From NCBI GenBank assembly GCA_963825055.1, contig CAWGSK010000003.1, positions 1-64,000 of the forward strand: DNA of 64,000 nucleotides, given 5' to 3'. Made by a program: the position numbers and the translations under genes. Under the pieces are notes generated by a model. It saw nothing but the letters and a program-made list of their open reading frames with translations. It had not been told where the DNA came from and searched no databases. Below, one piece after another: positions 11,555 through 20,633 of this stretch (position 1 is the first letter of the stretch; each line of letters starts with the position of its first letter). This DNA is from an uncultured Gemmatimonadales bacterium. GTDB taxonomy: Bacteria; Gemmatimonadota; Gemmatimonadetes; Gemmatimonadales; GWC2-71-9.

Positions 11555-14500
11555 CCCGCCCCTCCGTGTTCCTCGACGGGGATGCCGACCGGCACCGATT
11601 GCGCCCGCCGAAGCTTCCGCCGCTCCATCAGCACGTAGGCGGCCGGCAGCAGGAAGAACGTCACCAGCGTGGCCGTCACCGCGCCACCGATCACCCCGGC
11701 AGCGAGGGGCTGGTAGAGGGCGCCGCCGCTGCCCAGGCCCAGCATCAGCGGCAGGACGCCGGCGATGGTAGTGAGCGAGGTCATGACGATCGGCCGAAGC
11801 CGCTGGAGCCCGCCGGCCAGAATCGCTTTTTCGAGCGGCATGCCCGCTTCCCGGAAGCGCCTGATGGCATCCAGCTTCACCACGGCGTCATTGTCCGCCA
11901 CGCCGATCATCACCACCAGGCCGATCAGGGCCACGGCGTTGATGCTTTGTCCTGTCACCCAGAGGAGCAGGATGCCGCCGGCCGCCGCGAGCGGAACGGT
12001 GAGCATGACCACGATCGGTGTCGTGAACGAGGCGAACTCGCCGGCCAGCACGAGGAACACGAGCGAGATGGAAAGAATCGCCACCACGCCCAGCTCGCCC
12101 GCCGTGCGCCGCTGCTCGATGTCGGCGCCGGTCAGGATCCAGGTGAGGCCGGGTGGCGCATCAATCGAGGCGAGCGCGTGCTCCACGTCCCCGGTGGCTT
12201 TCGCGGTTCCGCCGCGCTCCACTACCCCCTCCACGATGGACACGGGCCGCTGGTTCACCCGGACGACCTCGATCGGTGCCCGGGTCTGCTGCACTTTCAC
12301 CAGCTGTCGGAGCGGCACCCCGCCGACCACGGACGAGAGGGCGGCATCCAGGTCCTCATTGGCGCCGCCGCCCAGCCGGACGGTGATGGGGGTCCGGCGG
12401 TCGGTCTCCCGGAACTCCGTCGCTTCGACGCCGCCGAGTCCGCCGGCCAATGCCCCCGCCACCTGCTCGACCGACAGCCCGCGCTCCGCGATGCGACGGC
12501 GCTCCAGCGTGACCTGGACGATCTCCTGGGTTCCGCTGTAGGCGTCCCGCACATCCGTCAGGCTGGGGAGCTGCTGGAGCACCCGACGCACCGAGTCGGC
12601 ATAGCGGTCCGCGGCGTCCTGCTTGAGGGCGCTCACCTCCACCCGGACAATGCGCCCTTCCCGGCCGATCAGGCTGCCGAACTCCGACTGGCCGGCCAGG
12701 TCCAGCGCGAGCCTGCCCTGCGCCAGGTCGGGCACGGCGGCTCGGAGTTTCTCCGCAAAGTCGGCCGCGTCCATTCCGTCCGGCACCGGAATCACCATCT
12801 GCGCGCCACTCGGGCTTCCGGGGTCGGCGCCGGCCAGGACTTCCTCGTCCGTCGCGACGCCGACCCGACTGTAGACGTCGGTCGCACCGAGCTGGCGGGC
12901 GGCGGCCTCGAGCCGTCCCGCCTGCCGCCGGGTTTCCTCGATGGCGGTGCCCTCCTCCAGCTGGAGCTCGGCCACCACCGTGCCCTCGTCCACCTGCGGC
13001 AGGATTTCCCGCGGCATGTTCACCGCCACCGCCGCCGTGAGTATCACGATCACCGCGGAGATCCCGATCACCCGCCACGGGTGGGCGAGCGACCAGATCA
13101 TTCCGTGCTCGTACCACTCCGTGAATCGGGCGCCGAAGCGGCCCAGCGGCGCGTAGATCCACTCCAGACGGGAGGAGGTCGGCGCGGGCAGGGCGACCCG
13201 GTTCCGACGGGCGGCCAGCATCACCGGCATCAGCGTCAGCGCCAGGATGAGTGACGCGCCCACCGACGTCACCACGCTCAGGCTCAGGTCACGGAAAAGG
13301 GCGGCGGCGAGGCCACGCACGAAGACGATCGGCCCGAACACCAGGAGCGTCGTGAGGGTACCCGCGATGAGCGGCCCGGCCACCTCTTCGGAGGCCTGGA
13401 GCGCTGCCGGCCGCGGTGCCATGCCCTCGTCCCGCAATCGCGCCGAGGCCTCCGACACCACGATCGCGTTATCCACCAGCATGCCGACGCCCAGCGCCAG
13501 CCCGCCCAGCGACAGTACGTTGATCGAGACGTCCAGCAGCTGGAGGAGCACCAGCGCCACCATCACCGACAGCGGGATCACCAGCGCGATCGCCAGGCTG
13601 CTCCGGAGATCCTTCAGGAACAGCATCATGATCAGGATCGCGAGGAAGCCGCCGACCACGATCTCCTGCTCCAGGTTGCCGAGCGCGTCCTCCACGAAGC
13701 GCGCCTGGGCGGCAACCACCGTCAGGTGGATGTCGGGAAATTCGGTCGTGAGCGTCCCGATCGCCTCGGTGATCTTGCGCGTGACCGCGACCGTGTTCGA
13801 GCCGGCATCCTTGTAGATCACGAGCCCCACCGCGGGGCGGCCATCCAGCTGCACCAGCGTCCGCGGGTCGGCCAGGCCCAGGTGTGCGGTGCCGATGTCC
13901 TCCAGCCGGACCGTGCCCCCCGGCGTGAGCGGCGTGCGGCCGATCTCCTCGAGCGAGCGGAACTCGGTCAGCGCCCGGACGCTGAACCGGAATTGCCCGC
14001 GGCGGATGGTGCCGCCCGGCGCACTCCAGTTGGCCTGACGGAGCGCATCGGCGACAGCGCTGGTGGTCAGGTTCAGGGCGCGGAGCCGGTCCGGGTCCAG
14101 GTCCACCCGGATCTCATCTTCCGGGGCGCCCACCACCGCGACGCTGGCCACGCCGTCCAGCTGTTCCAGCCGGCGCGCGTGCACCTCGCGCGCCGTCTGC
14201 GCGATGGAGCGCAGGTCACCGGGGCCGGTGAGCCCCAGCATCGCGATCGGGCGTTCGCCCGGGTCGCTGGTAAGCAGTGTCGGGCGCTCGGCGTTTTCCG
14301 GCAGCCGGCTCCGGGCGTTGTCGAGCCGTTCGCGCACGTTGAGCACGGTGGACGGCATGTCCGTCCCCCACGCGAAGCGCGCGGTGGTCGTGACCTCCTC
14401 GTTCCGGCTCACCGACCGGAGTTCGACCAGCCCGGGCGTGGCGGCGATGGATTCCTCGATGGGTTCCGCCACCAGCCGGGACACTTCCTCGGCCGCGGCG

Positions 14501-14658
14501 CCCGGGTAGGCGGTGCGGATCGTGAGGACGGGGAGCGTGACATCGGGAAGGAGGGCGACGGGGAGGCGGGAGAACGAAACCGCGCCCACCAGCACGAAGG
14601 CCAGCACGGTGGCGATGGTCGTGACCGGCCGCCGGATGGATGAACTGCTCAGCGACAT
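11551..14658 (-). CDS. RND efflux permease (AcrB/MdtB-like), first subunit
   Basis: IRRPVTT, GMLVDNAIVV and RLRPIVMTSLTT motifs. Start at ATG 14658. Confidence 0.93.
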   Translation of the reverse strand: MSLSSSSIRRPVTTIATVLAFVLVGAVSFSRLPVALLPDVTLPVLTIRTAYPGAAAEEVSRLVAEPIEESIAATPGLVELRSVSRNEEVTTTARFAWGTDMPSTVLNVRERLDNARSRLPENAERPTLLTSDPGERPIAMLGLTGPGDLRSIAQTAREVHARRLEQLDGVASVAVVGAPEDEIRVDLDPDRLRALNLTTSAVADALRQANWSAPGGTIRRGQFRFSVRALTEFRSLEEIGRTPLTPGGTVRLEDIGTAHLGLADPRTLVQLDGRPAVGLVIYKDAGSNTVAVTRKITEAIGTLTTEFPDIHLTVVAAQARFVEDALGNLEQEIVVGGFLAILIMMLFLKDLRSSLAIALVIPLSVMVALVLLQLLDVSINVLSLGGLALGVGMLVDNAIVVSEASARLRDEGMAPRPAALQASEEVAGPLIAGTLTTLLVFGPIVFVRGLAAALFRDLSLSVVTSVGASLILALTLMPVMLAARRNRVALPAPTSSRLEWIYAPLGRFGARFTEWYEHGMIWSLAHPWRVIGISAVIVILTAAVAVNMPREILPQVDEGTVVAELQLEEGTAIEETRRQAGRLEAAARQLGATDVYSRVGVATDEEVLAGADPGSPSGAQMVIPVPDGMDAADFAEKLRAAVPDLAQGRLALDLAGQSEFGSLIGREGRIVRVEVSALKQDAADRYADSVRRVLQQLPSLTDVRDAYSGTQEIVQVTLERRRIAERGLSVEQVAGALAGGLGGVEATEFRETDRRTPITVRLGGGANEDLDAALSSVVGGVPLRQLVKVQQTRAPIEVVRVNQRPVSIVEGVVERGGTAKATGDVEHALASIDAPPGLTWILTGADIEQRRTAGELGVVAILSISLVFLVLAGEFASFTTPIVVMLTVPLAAAGGILLLWVTGQSINAVALIGLVVMIGVADNDAVVKLDAIRRFREAGMPLEKAILAGGLQRLRPIVMTSLTTIAGVLPLMLGLGSGGALYQPLAAGVIGGAVTATLVTFFLLPAAYVLMERRKLRRAQSVPVGIPVEEHGGAG

Positions 14659-14665
14659 GACGGGA

Positions 14666-15793
14666 TCAGTCGCGCGCGGCAGGCGTTTCGCGCATTGACG
14701 ACACCCTGACCGGCGCGTCATGCGTGAGCGTCAGGTGCCCCTCGACCAGAACCGTATCACCGGCCGCGACGGGGATTTGCCCGCTCACCGAGTCGGGCAG
14801 CACCTCCGTCTCGCTCCCGTTCGAGAGCCCGGGATTGATATAGACCCACTGGGCCCGGCCGCTCTTCACCACGAACACCAGCGGCCGGCCGTCCCGCTCG
14901 ATAACAGAGCGGGCCGGCACCAGCATCCGGTCATCCAGCCGGCGCGCCTCGAGCCGCACGTCGGCATACATCCCGGGTCGGAGCACGCCGTTGTTCCGGG
15001 CCCGCACCAGCGCCCGGCCCGCGCGGCGGGTTGTATCGATCATCGGCAGGACGGCGGTCACCGTGCCCGTCACCGGCTTGTCCGGCGCCGCGGCCGCGGT
15101 GATGATCGCCTGCCCGCCCACCCTGATGAGCGGCAGGTCGTGCTCCAGCACCTGCGCCTCGATCCGCAGGTTGTTCATGTCCACGATGCTCGCCACGTCC
15201 TGGCCCGCGCTCACCCGCTCGCCAGCCGCGACGTTCACCTCGTTGATCACCCCGTTGAACGGCGCGGTGATCGTGGCGCGCTCCTGGTCCAGCTTCGCCT
15301 TCTCCAGTCTTACCCGTGCGCCCGACAGTCCGGCCCGGGTCTCCGCAATCTCGATCCGCTCCGGGGGGAGCGCCTTGCCGGTGACGATGCTGTCCGGGAT
15401 CACCTGGTCCCGGAAACGCACCATCGCCTCGTCCACCGCCGCCTGGGCCTCCTGCACAGCCAGGTCGAACGGGCGCGGGTCCAACTGCACCAGCGGCTGG
15501 CCCTTCGACACCCGGCTCCCGGGCCGGACCAGCACTTCCTGCACCGTCCCGCTGGTCTCGGCCTTGAGGTCGGCCATGGCCTCGGACTCCACCTGGCCAG
15601 TCGTGGTGACCGACAGGACCAGGTCTCCCCGGCGGGCGACTTCGCCCACCACGGGCAGGGTCATCGAACTGCCGGAATCGCGCGCCTCGGTCCCGTCGCC
15701 GTCATCGGCCGCGGCGGGTTTGTCCTTACAGCCCGGGAGGGCCAGGACGATCAGTATGGAAGGGAGCAGGATGGAACGGAGCCGCAGGGCCAT
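14666..15793 (-). CDS. RND periplasmic adaptor (membrane fusion protein), lipoprotein
   Basis: Signal with LPGC lipobox, lipoyl-like ITAPFNGVI and LRPGM motifs. Start at ATG 15793. Confidence 0.92.
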   Translation of the reverse strand: MALRLRSILLPSILIVLALPGCKDKPAAADDGDGTEARDSGSSMTLPVVGEVARRGDLVLSVTTTGQVESEAMADLKAETSGTVQEVLVRPGSRVSKGQPLVQLDPRPFDLAVQEAQAAVDEAMVRFRDQVIPDSIVTGKALPPERIEIAETRAGLSGARVRLEKAKLDQERATITAPFNGVINEVNVAAGERVSAGQDVASIVDMNNLRIEAQVLEHDLPLIRVGGQAIITAAAAPDKPVTGTVTAVLPMIDTTRRAGRALVRARNNGVLRPGMYADVRLEARRLDDRMLVPARSVIERDGRPLVFVVKSGRAQWVYINPGLSNGSETEVLPDSVSGQIPVAAGDTVLVEGHLTLTHDAPVRVSSMRETPAARD

Positions 15794-15932
15794 GCCGGGT
15801 GCCTCCCGTGGGGGTGCCTCCGGCTCCGGGTAGAGCCGAGGCAAGGGGACAGGGAGTCTAGTGTGCAGTCTGGGGCCGCTGCCCGCAAGGCGGCTGGGGG
15901 ATGGATGCCGGGAGGGGCTGGATGGTTGCGTG
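15772..15932 (-). repeat. Repeat copy R1: MFP promoter and 5' end
   Basis: Clearly similar to 18509-18659; exact 20-mer acagggagtctagtgtgcag shared. Confidence 0.9.
15860..15888 (-). promoter_or_regulatory. Putative sigma70-type promoter of the MFP-RND operon
   Basis: Minus strand TTGCGG-N17-CACACT (overlapping TAGACT), conserved in copy R2. Confidence 0.5.
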
Positions 15933-15944
15933 TGGCCTGGCTGG

Positions 15945-17111
15945 TCAGGGAGCGACCGAGTCGCGGGGTGCGGGAGAATCAGCATCTCGACCGTTGGCTT
16001 CTACTATCCGGTAAAGCTGCAACTCGGCATCGTAGTCCCCACCATCCTCCACGGTGCACATTAGTGCAAGCCAGTGCCCGTTGAGGGAGACACTCCCCCG
16101 CGGTTGCAGGCACGGAATCATGATCCGCGTAAGGAATGTGGTGTCCGCGAACACGTCCGCAAAGGTCGAATCGTTCGACTCCCCCACAACCCAAAGTCGG
16201 CCACGTTCGTCGAACCCCAGGCCGTGCCGGTAAAAGTGGGGTAGTGGCGTAGACTTGAGAGAGTCAAGCCGAGCCTCAAGCCCGGTGATGGCGACGGCTC
16301 CGTTAGGGCCCTTGAAACCACCCTTCATCAGGGATCTGATGCGCTCGCTATCCCGTTCCAACTCCCTGGCCGTGCGACGCCGTGGCTCGAGATCACGGCC
16401 GAATTCCCGCCTGAGACTGCCATCCGCGCCGTAGTATCGAATGGCATACTGCATGGGATCCGCGATAGCGAGAAGACCCCCGGAGGTCGCGTAAGGAGGA
16501 ATGTCCTGCCCTGCCATCCGATTGCCGGATGTCACCGTCTGCAGGAAGGAGTCCGAGCTGGTGAGGAGTACGCGGCTCCCGGCGTGGTCCCCGGGTCCTC
16601 GACGCAGCTCCGCCCGCCCTCCCCCGACTCGATTCATCCAGTCCAGAGAGTCAGGTGAAATGCCAACAAGTCGGAACTCAACTGGAATCCGGAATTCGCT
16701 GGCGACCTTCCCAGCCCGGTCGTAAGTCAGAAGCCTCGCCTGATCCAGGTCAAGAACAATCGCATGACGACCCTGGAAGCGAAGCTCTGAAACATTGACG
16801 AGTTCACCGGGACCATGTCCCCTTCGAGCGAAACGCCGCACCAGCGCACCGGTACTGTCCAGCATGGTCAGCACAGTGTCTTGTTGCTGTCTGGTGTGAC
16901 GGTAAACCGTGTATCCGCCGGATACGGCGATCGGCTGGTTAGGGCTTTCGGGGATCCAGTCTGGCAGGACATCTATCCGGACCCGCTTCAGGCCCGGTGT
17001 TCGGGCATCGGGTTCCACTGCGCGAGTCGTCGGAACTGATCGGGTATCTTCGGCTTTCCCACACCCCGCGACTATGCCAAGGGAAACGAGCAGAATCCAT
17101 CTCGTGAGCAC
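15945..17111 (-). CDS. Beta-propeller (6-bladed/NHL-like) lipoprotein, cassette 1
   Basis: VAGC lipobox, FARRGHGPGEL motif and FDERGRLWV blade. Confidence 0.8.
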   Translation of the reverse strand: MLTRWILLVSLGIVAGCGKAEDTRSVPTTRAVEPDARTPGLKRVRIDVLPDWIPESPNQPIAVSGGYTVYRHTRQQQDTVLTMLDSTGALVRRFARRGHGPGELVNVSELRFQGRHAIVLDLDQARLLTYDRAGKVASEFRIPVEFRLVGISPDSLDWMNRVGGGRAELRRGPGDHAGSRVLLTSSDSFLQTVTSGNRMAGQDIPPYATSGGLLAIADPMQYAIRYYGADGSLRREFGRDLEPRRRTARELERDSERIRSLMKGGFKGPNGAVAITGLEARLDSLKSTPLPHFYRHGLGFDERGRLWVVGESNDSTFADVFADTTFLTRIMIPCLQPRGSVSLNGHWLALMCTVEDGGDYDAELQLYRIVEANGRDADSPAPRDSVAP

Positions 17112-17187
17112 AGTTGATGGTCTCCGTCATTGCATGGAACGAGCTGGTTGGTGCTCCCTGGAGAGGGGGCACCAACGGCTCATGCAA

Positions 17188-17403
17188 TCAAGCGCCGCTG
17201 CAACTGATCGACCAGTGGGCACCGTCCCCGGTGTCACAGTCATACATGCAAGGCTGCGTAACTGCCCCGTTATGATAAGAGCAGCATGTCCCGTTGTAGC
17301 ACCACCACTGGCCCTGTTCAGCGGCCGAAGCCATCGAGGCGACTCCAACGGTTAGAGCAGCAGCAACTAGCATTCGTCGCATCGCCTTCGACATTGTCAG
17401 CAT
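17188..17403 (-). CDS. Small secreted Cys-rich peptide (cassette 1)
   Basis: AGAGG RBS; Sec signal ending ASA; ~44-aa mature part with 6 Cys. Confidence 0.78.
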   Translation of the reverse strand: MLTMSKAMRRMLVAAALTVGVASMASAAEQGQWWCYNGTCCSYHNGAVTQPCMYDCDTGDGAHWSISCSGA

Positions 17404-17545
17404 AGAAGCCTCTAGGAGTGTGAAAGATGCCGGCACGAGCCAGCAGGAACAACGAATGATATGATGGCCTGAGATCGAGTTCTGATCTCTCGGGACTATA
17501 TAGCTCGATTCACAAACAAGAATCCAGTAACGCTTCCATGTTGAA

Positions 17546-18103
17546 TTAGGGCGATGGAGAGTGACTTGGGGTTAGGTATTTCTGGATGACTGAGGAGTGT
17601 TCGGTCATAACACCAAGCCAGGCATCTCGTACGATCATGGCAGAGTCGAGAATCATGAGGGTTGGAACTCCCCGTAACCCGGCAGCTACGAGCGTATTCT
17701 GACTCAGGTATTTTGGAGATGGGAGCCGCCCGTCCCAATACGATTCTGTGATCTCGGGTGGCTCCGAAGAAGCCGATATGAAATTCTCCGGGGGGATCCT
17801 TCGTGCCAAAGCTACGATGAAGTCCTTTTGATAGGTACACGCCTCGCAGGTCGTCAAGAAACTGTAGAATACTTTATACTCGCTCCCGTCGTCCCTCGCC
17901 ACGGCGGAGAACGAAACCTCCGACCCAAGTAGAGCGCCGAAATCCGTCCCGACAAGCTCTGTCATATGTACGGGACCCGCCTCTAACCGCGGATTCAGGC
18001 GTTTCCACACTGATCTTCCCGCCATGGCCAAGGAGGCAACCAGAAGGATGACCGTAGAACTGTTTAGAAACAGTTCAGAACGACTCTTTGGTATCGCTGA
18101 CAT
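17546..18103 (-). CDS. Membrane-anchored thioredoxin-fold protein (TlpA/ResA-like)
   Basis: N-terminal TM segment, TCEAC CxxC and GVPT cis-Pro motif. Confidence 0.75.
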   Translation of the reverse strand: MSAIPKSRSELFLNSSTVILLVASLAMAGRSVWKRLNPRLEAGPVHMTELVGTDFGALLGSEVSFSAVARDDGSEYKVFYSFLTTCEACTYQKDFIVALARRIPPENFISASSEPPEITESYWDGRLPSPKYLSQNTLVAAGLRGVPTLMILDSAMIVRDAWLGVMTEHSSVIQKYLTPSHSPSP

Positions 18104-18385
18104 TCCCGATTCCGGTCGCTTTAAGCTGGGTCTCACACCGAGGGTGCCCCGCATGTCTCACACTGGCGCTCAGTAACACAAATTGGTGGCGGGCAACATA
18201 ACGTTGGGGGGGGGGGGGCAGCGCAAGCCACCAGTGTTGATAGGATAGGCTGCGAGGTGGCTCTGCAGGTGTATAGACGCGAGCAGAGGCCCCGCAATGG
18301 AGCCGGGTGACTTGACTAGGCTGCGTGTGCACGGAAAGCCCACGTTGCCGCTCGCCTTCTGTTCCTTGCAGCGAGACCACGGCCA

Positions 18386-18659
18386 GGTCTACAACGACCC
18401 GTCCTCCCTGCGGTCTGATCTCGCCGCGGTCGCCCCCTGCTCATGCGGATTTCAACGAAGCCCGTGCTTAAGCCCACCCCGCAGGGGGCCTGCTCGGAAG
18501 CAGGCCAGTGGAACGGAGCCGCAGGGCCATGCCCCCCCGTGGGGGTGCCGCCCCGGGGGTCATCCGGGGAGAGGTACAGGGAGTCTAGTGTGCAGACTGG
18601 GGCCGCGGGCCGCAAGGCGGCTGGAGGATAGATGCTGGGAAGGGCTGGATGGTTGCGTG
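18386..18659 (-). repeat. Repeat copy R2: degenerate MFP promoter/5' remnant plus ~120 bp extension
   Basis: 18509-18659 matches R1 and encodes MALRLRSTGLLPS then a stop; 18386-18424 is 36/39 identical to 20883-20921. Confidence 0.88.
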
Positions 18660-18708
18660 GGGGAGGCGTCCGGAAAGAGCCAGTCATGAGGGATCGTCCA
18701 CCGGCGGC

Positions 18709-19131
18709 TCATGCCGGGGGGGGGGGCGAACACGCCTCGACGAACCGGTCGATGGTCCAGTCGAGACCTTGGTCGCAGAGCTCCCTCCAGCCGAGACCTG
18801 TGAGTCGCTTCGCCATTCTGTAGCGGTAGGCTGGATCCAGGCCCTCCGCCAGAGTCTGGGCGCAGAGTGACCGGCCCTCGTTCTCAGCGGTCTCTACCCA
18901 CCCCAGAAGGGCCATCCAGCCTGCAAGCTCGCGATACGGCGGCAGCCCGTTCCGCTTCAGGTGGTAAGCAAGTTGGTACCTTGATCGGAATCCTGCTTCC
19001 TCCGTCAGCACCTTCAACCGCGGCCGTACTTGCTCGCCGGTATGCAGTGCTCTCACAACCATCCAGCCGCGCTCGGAAACCCAAGTCAAGCGGGTCCGGA
19101 GTCTCGCCAATAACCTTACTTTCCCGCCCAT
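18709..19131 (-). CDS. Stand-alone AraC-like helix-turn-helix protein
   Basis: GGAGAAGG RBS; helical pattern GFRSRYQLAYHLKRNGLPP...YRMAKRLTG resembling an AraC C-terminal domain. Confidence 0.6.
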   Translation of the reverse strand: MGGKVRLLARLRTRLTWVSERGWMVVRALHTGEQVRPRLKVLTEEAGFRSRYQLAYHLKRNGLPPYRELAGWMALLGWVETAENEGRSLCAQTLAEGLDPAYRYRMAKRLTGLGWRELCDQGLDWTIDRFVEACSPPPPA

Positions 19132-19187
19132 GCCTTCTCCCCGTGTCGTTCCGAGCGAGTATGTACAGCCAAAGGGAAGGCGCAAGT

Positions 19188-19251
19188 GCGCGGAGAGGCA
19201 TAAGCGCGGAGAGACATAGCGCCATGAAGGCTCAAGCCATAGAGTCTTCAT
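19188..19251. promoter_or_regulatory. Putative operator (15-bp direct repeat) and hairpin in divergent intergenic region
   Basis: gcgcggagaggcata / gcgcggagagacata with 16-bp period; ATGAAGGCTC-N8-GAGTCTTCAT inverted repeat. Confidence 0.5.
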
Positions 19252-20361
19252 ATGGCAATGAGTCGAAGGCTCGGAATGGCTAGGGGTGTGCTCCCGATTC
19301 TATTTGCATTGTATGGCCTTGCCTGTGGGGAATCACGTGGACCGGAGCAATCCACGTCCTTAAGCTCACCGAAGCTTGTGTGCGACACATGTAGAATTCA
19401 ATTCCGTTCGGAAGCACTTCTCGGTGAAAATGACGCCAAAGCGCCGATAGTTGCGTTTTCCGAGGCCCGGACGTTCCACCACGGGAATTATCTCGTGGCT
19501 CCCGTCGGGGGCATGGACTACATCGCACTATTTGCTCCCGCAGGTAACGAGGTTGCGGTGATTGGCCGATCCGGAGAGGGGCCCGGCGAATACCGGACCG
19601 TTCAGGACGTGGCCGTTCGATCTGATGATTCAGTAGTTGTTCTCAGCCAGAGACTCACACTCCTCACCCCTGATCTGTCATTTGCTCGCGCGGTGTCCTT
19701 CCCTCGGGGGGTACGCGCATCCCGGCTACTTCCCCTACCAAGTGGGAAGGTTCTTCTCAATAACTACAGCGTGCCTGGTCGTCCGTTCATCGTTCTAGAC
19801 GCGGATTTACGAATGGTACGCCAGGTAGGCGAGGAAACATCAGGGTCCCCCGAGGAGTTGCAGCATGTTTTGGCCAGCGCGGGGAGTGAAGGTTTTTGGA
19901 GCGCCAGAACTAGTGGTCGATATCTCATAGAACATTGGTCGCTTGACGGGAAGCGCATTCGAACCATTCAGCCGAAGTCGGCGTGGTTTGAAGCAGGTGA
20001 GCTTTGGGCAGGTCATGACCCACGGCGCACCCGCCCATCGCCGAGAATCGGCGGCATATGGCTCGATAATGAGCGTCTCTGGGTCATAGGGATTGTTTCA
20101 GATATCGACTGGAAGCCTCAACTCCTCGCGGCAGGAGACCCACACGTAGAAGTGGACGCTCCAATGCCACAGCCTGAGGAATGGCCGAGCTTGTTCGACA
20201 CGATGGTCGAGGTATTGGATTTACGAACCGGTGCGGTCATGAGCACGCGCAGGTATGACGGCGTCCTTATGGGCTTCATGGACGATGGTAAGGCATCGGA
20301 ACTCATTAGTGACGCAGTGGGCCTCAAAATCCGAATAATTTCACTTCACCTTGGCGACTAG
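19252..20361 (+). CDS. Beta-propeller (6-bladed-like) lipoprotein, cassette 2
   Basis: GLAC lipobox and IGRSGEGPGEY motif. Confidence 0.8.
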   Translation: MAMSRRLGMARGVLPILFALYGLACGESRGPEQSTSLSSPKLVCDTCRIQFRSEALLGENDAKAPIVAFSEARTFHHGNYLVAPVGGMDYIALFAPAGNEVAVIGRSGEGPGEYRTVQDVAVRSDDSVVVLSQRLTLLTPDLSFARAVSFPRGVRASRLLPLPSGKVLLNNYSVPGRPFIVLDADLRMVRQVGEETSGSPEELQHVLASAGSEGFWSARTSGRYLIEHWSLDGKRIRTIQPKSAWFEAGELWAGHDPRRTRPSPRIGGIWLDNERLWVIGIVSDIDWKPQLLAAGDPHVEVDAPMPQPEEWPSLFDTMVEVLDLRTGAVMSTRRYDGVLMGFMDDGKASELISDAVGLKIRIISLHLGD

Positions 20362-20384
20362 TTCGCATAGAAAGGAGTTCCATC

Positions 20385-20633
20385 ATGTCACGTATTCGGA
20401 AATTCCCCTGGTACCTTGGCCTAGTTCTAGTGGTACTCTTAGCCTATTCGACAATAGGTGCTCCAAACGCTTCGGGAGAAGAGTCGAATGGGACAAAATG
20501 CAATGAGTTCACCAACTCTCTGGGAACATTCCATTCCTTCGGCGGAGGGGCATGCTACGAGGGGGCTCCAAACAGTGCTCACGCCAACAATCAAGTGGGC
20601 TATTGTCACCAATATCACTATTCCTGTAGCTAG
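20385..20633 (+). CDS. Small secreted Cys-containing peptide (cassette 2)
   Basis: Strong AAAGGAG RBS; basic plus hydrophobic signal; ~50-aa mature part with 4 Cys, ending CS. Confidence 0.8.
   Translation: MSRIRKFPWYLGLVLVVLLAYSTIGAPNASGEESNGTKCNEFTNSLGTFHSFGGGACYEGAPNSAHANNQVGYCHQYHYSCS

Noticed and set aside
15650..15757. Homology of the left part of R2/R3 to the MFP coding sequence
   Set aside because: Only short scattered matches; not distinguishable from chance by eye.
18297..18689. ORFs 18297-18689, 18316-18687 and 20886-21248 over repeats R2/R3
   Set aside because: Low-complexity translations of degenerate repeat DNA; frames are not conserved between copies.
17188..20633. Calling the peptides classical RiPPs (lanthipeptide, bufferin, ranthipeptide)
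   Set aside because: No LanB/C/M, radical SAM, YcaO, DUF692 or peptidase-ABC transporter gene in the window; the leaders look like Sec signals.
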